Of a DNA stretch of 32,363 nucleotides, positions 30,295 to 32,363 are shown in pieces. The stretch comes from Clostridiales bacterium (lineage in GTDB: Bacteria > Bacillota > Clostridia > Christensenellales > UBA1242). The notes under the pieces are model-generated. The model saw only the letters and a program-made list of their open reading frames with translations, had not been told where the DNA came from and ran no database searches. Every line of letters starts with the position of its first letter. The first letter of the stretch is position 1. The stretch covers positions 1-32,363 of the forward strand of contig CAKJYB010000042.1 of NCBI GenBank assembly GCA_918241715.1, given 5' to 3'. The translations under genes and the position numbers were made by a program.

Positions 30295-30552
30295 ATGAAC
30301 TACACACTTGCCGTTTTCAAAACCAGACACGCTTCGCTTCGTTTTGCAAATCTTCTTCGTGAAAACAATATACCGGTTGCAATTGTAAATACTCCATACG
30401 AAATTGGAAATGTATGTGGAATTTCTGTAAAGTTTTTGTATGACTTTTTGTTTTATGCAAAGAGAATTATCATGCAGAGAGATTTTGTTTACAACTTTGA
30501 TGGATTTTATGCGATGTATGCAAATGGAAGATGGGGCAGACTGAACGAATGA
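30295..30552 (+). CDS. DUF3343-like small protein
   Basis: F-x-T-x-HA-x-x-F and TP-x-EI-x-x-x-CGIS motifs; AAGGAG RBS; adjacent to the desulfurase-family gene. Confidence 0.7.
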   Translation: MNYTLAVFKTRHASLRFANLLRENNIPVAIVNTPYEIGNVCGISVKFLYDFLFYAKRIIMQRDFVYNFDGFYAMYANGRWGRLNE

Positions 30553-30578
30553 AAAAGAGCATATATTTGCTCTTTTTT
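30552..30578 (+). terminator. Intrinsic terminator abutting the next promoter
   Basis: AAAAAGAGCA-loop-TGCTCTTTTT. Confidence 0.65.
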
Positions 30579-30592
30579 GATAAAATAATCTT

Positions 30593-31120
30593 ATGAAAAT
30601 CTTTGCCTTTTCTTTTATTGCTGTTTCAATGTTGTTTTTGTCTGTTTTTGGTGTCAATTGTTTTTACGGCTATCTTTTTCCAACAAAATTTAAGGAAGAA
30701 GTTGCAAGTGCATCGACGTCCTTTGGTGTTGACAGGGCTGTGATATATTCTGTTATCAATGTTGAGAGTGGTTTTCAAAAAGATGCAGTTTCAAGAAAGG
30801 GTGCAATTGGACTTATGCAACTCATGCCAGACACGGCAAATGAGATTGCCCAAAAACTTGACATAAAAAGTTTTGACTTAAAAAATCCACAGGACAACAT
30901 AACTCTTGGCACATTTTATTTTTCCACACTCAAAAAGAGATTTAAAGATGAGAAAACTGCACTTTGTGCATATAATGCTGGCCCATCAAATGTTTCGTTG
31001 TGGCTTTTAAACAAAAAATATAGTGATGACGGGAAAACGCTAAAAAACATTCCTTTTAAGGAGACAAGAGAATATATTGAAAAAATAAACAAAAACTTAA
31101 AATATTATTCAAAAAAATAA
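30593..31120 (+). CDS. Lytic transglycosylase (Slt domain) with an N-terminal membrane anchor
   Basis: INVESGF (catalytic Glu), GAIGLMQLMP, AYNAG, ETREY. Confidence 0.92.
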   Translation: MKIFAFSFIAVSMLFLSVFGVNCFYGYLFPTKFKEEVASASTSFGVDRAVIYSVINVESGFQKDAVSRKGAIGLMQLMPDTANEIAQKLDIKSFDLKNPQDNITLGTFYFSTLKKRFKDEKTALCAYNAGPSNVSLWLLNKKYSDDGKTLKNIPFKETREYIEKINKNLKYYSKK

Positions 31121-31155
31121 ATGCGAAATCGATTTTTGTCAGTAATTTCGCATTT
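31119..31155. terminator. Probable bidirectional terminator
   Basis: AAATGCGAAAT...ATTTCGCATTT inverted repeat between convergent genes. Confidence 0.6.
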
Positions 31156-31169
31156 TTCAGAATTTTTAT

Positions 31170-31634
31170 TTATATTTTTATTTCAATTTTTGTTTTATTT
31201 ATTTTGTCAAAACCCTCTTCAAAAGTTGGCATTTCAAAAATATCAAAATATTTGTCAATAACATAATCTGGAACAACTCTTCTTCTGCCTTTGTTTAGTT
31301 TGTGGCAGATTTCTTTTGGTGTGTCAATGACGATGGCAACCTTTTCTGCAGGAGTGTTTCCAAGTGCATCAAAAACATATTTTCTTGTCTGCCTGTTTAT
31401 GTTTGTTGCATCAATGACTACGTCTTTTTGTTGTTTAAGAGCCTTGTTCATTCTTTCGTATAAGGTGGAAAAGACTGCTTCATTTTGCGTTTGTATGTTT
31501 TCGTCTCCAAAAAGTTCTTTTCTTATTGCGTCGCTTGAAAGAATGATTGTGTTGTCATTCAAAAACTCTCTTTTTGCGTAAGTGCTTTTTCCACAGGCTG
31601 GTGGTCCAACAAGAAAAATTAACTTCGGCTTCAA
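31170..31634 (-). CDS. P-loop kinase, AAA_33 / polynucleotide-kinase-like
   Basis: GPPACGKST, SSDAIR, VVIDATN, RRRVVPDYVI, PTFEEGFD; TTG start after AAGGAG. Confidence 0.85.
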   Translation of the reverse strand: MKPKLIFLVGPPACGKSTYAKREFLNDNTIILSSDAIRKELFGDENIQTQNEAVFSTLYERMNKALKQQKDVVIDATNINRQTRKYVFDALGNTPAEKVAIVIDTPKEICHKLNKGRRRVVPDYVIDKYFDIFEMPTFEEGFDKINKTKIEIKI

Positions 31635-31647
31635 ATCTTTCTCCTTT

Positions 31648-32070
31648 TTAGATTTCGTTGACATTATAGCATTCAAATCCAGCTGCTCGTGCAGGTGCAA
31701 GATGTTTTTCTTTGTCATCAACAAAAACAATATCTTCGCTTTTTAGTCCAAGTTTTGCTTGGTACTCTTTAATCACATCTACTTTTTTGGTTGAAGAAGA
31801 AACAAAAATTATGTTTTGGTCTTCGATGTGAGGAAAGTGTTTTTCAAGCCAGAAATATTTTTGTTGAATCTCGTTGTTTGTGTCAACAACGCCAACAACA
31901 TAAATCTTTTTTGGGTTAACCTTTTCCAAAAGTTTTTGCATCTTTGCATTTGGTTTAAGTTTTGAGAAAGGTTTTTCAAACAACAATTCTCTAAGAGTTG
32001 GAGCCTTGTCAGGACACTCCGAAAGTGTGCCTTCATAATCTACAAAAATTGTCTTTTTTGTTAAATCCAT
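31648..32070 (-). CDS. HAD-superfamily phosphatase, 5'(3')-nucleotidase-like
   Basis: Motif I FVDYEGTL; QKYFWLEKHFPHI...IIFV...K; motif IV FVDD; GAGGAG RBS. Confidence 0.78.
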   Translation of the reverse strand: MDLTKKTIFVDYEGTLSECPDKAPTLRELLFEKPFSKLKPNAKMQKLLEKVNPKKIYVVGVVDTNNEIQQKYFWLEKHFPHIEDQNIIFVSSSTKKVDVIKEYQAKLGLKSEDIVFVDDKEKHLAPARAAGFECYNVNEI

Positions 32071-32091
32071 AACCTACTCCTCAGTTTTTTT

Positions 32092-32174
32092 TGGTGGGGA
32101 TAACAGGAGTTGAACCTGCACCCTTACGGACTGGAACCTAAATCCAGCGCGTCTGCCAATTTCGCCATACCCCC
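32092..32174 (-). tRNA. tRNA-Leu (TAG)
   Basis: Acceptor stem GGGGGTA/TATCCCC, anticodon arm CTGGA-TTTAGGT-TCCAG, long variable arm, T-arm GCAGG-TTCAACT-CCTGT, encoded ACCA end. Confidence 0.93.
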
Positions 32175-32180
32175 ATGTGT

Positions 32181-32291
32181 TTAATAAACTGGATAATTGC
32201 GTGGAAAACCTGCATCGTGAACCAATTCAGATTTTCTGCCACAACCACAAACTAACAAAGCCAGACAAAAAATTATAATTACGTTTTTCAT
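32181..32291 (-). CDS. Tiny predicted lipoprotein, 36 aa (MKNVIIIFCLALLVCGCGRKSELVHDAGFPRNYPVY); not in the ORF track
   Basis: Basic N-terminus, hydrophobic core, lipobox-like VCG-C; ATG 7 nt after a consensus promoter. Confidence 0.65.
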   Translation of the reverse strand: MKNVIIIFCLALLVCGCGRKSELVHDAGFPRNYPVY

Positions 32292-32298
32292 GATGTTG

Positions 32299-32327
32299 AT
32301 TATAATAATGTTATGATTAGTTGTCAA
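32299..32327 (-). promoter_or_regulatory. Consensus promoter TTGACA-17-TATAAT
   Basis: Perfect hexamers and spacing; would drive the lipoprotein, tRNA-Leu, HAD and kinase genes. Confidence 0.8.
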
Positions 32328-32363
32328 TTTAGCAAATAAAAAATATAAAATTGAAAAAAATAC

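Noticed and set aside
29081-30552. Desulfurase-family plus DUF3343-like pair as a novel sulfur/selenium system
   Set aside because: Association already familiar in Clostridia; no selD, yedE/yedF or in-frame TGA recoding seen in the window
32197-32245. Imperfect long hairpin upstream of tRNA-Leu, considered as 6S/SRP or another ncRNA
   Set aside because: Lacks the SRP core motif, too short for 6S, and better explained by the lipoprotein ORF

Overview
Low-GC chromosomal segment that looks like a small-genome Clostridia/Bacillota member (AGGAG ribosome-binding sites, sigmaA-type promoters, AddAB, SufCBDSU). It is mostly housekeeping: yqzL-like/recO, addB-addA, a PflX-like radical SAM enzyme, a CNNM/HlyC-CorC protein, tRNA-Gly(CCC), sufCBDSU, a GGDEF protein, groES-groEL, a TrkA-C membrane protein, dnaG-rpoD-zinc ribbon, a second cysteine desulfurase-like gene with a DUF3343-like neighbour, an Slt transglycosylase, a HAD phosphatase plus P-loop kinase pair, and tRNA-Leu(TAG). 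I saw no CRISPR array, transposase, integrase or rRNA. The best candidate for a novel system is an ~894-aa membrane-anchored protein (9359-12043) with three N-terminal TM segments, a long coiled coil, an acidic tract and ten AT-hook-like GRP motifs, transcribed from a promoter preceded by helically phased A-tracts. Other notable signals: five apparently leaderless genes, three small ORFs missing from the ORF track (a Cys-rich peptide, a YqzL-like protein, a tiny lipoprotein), a tRNA-Gly with C at position 55, an Rrf2/IscR-like operator before suf, and groESL with no CIRCE. Family assignments come from motif recognition only; no searches were run.
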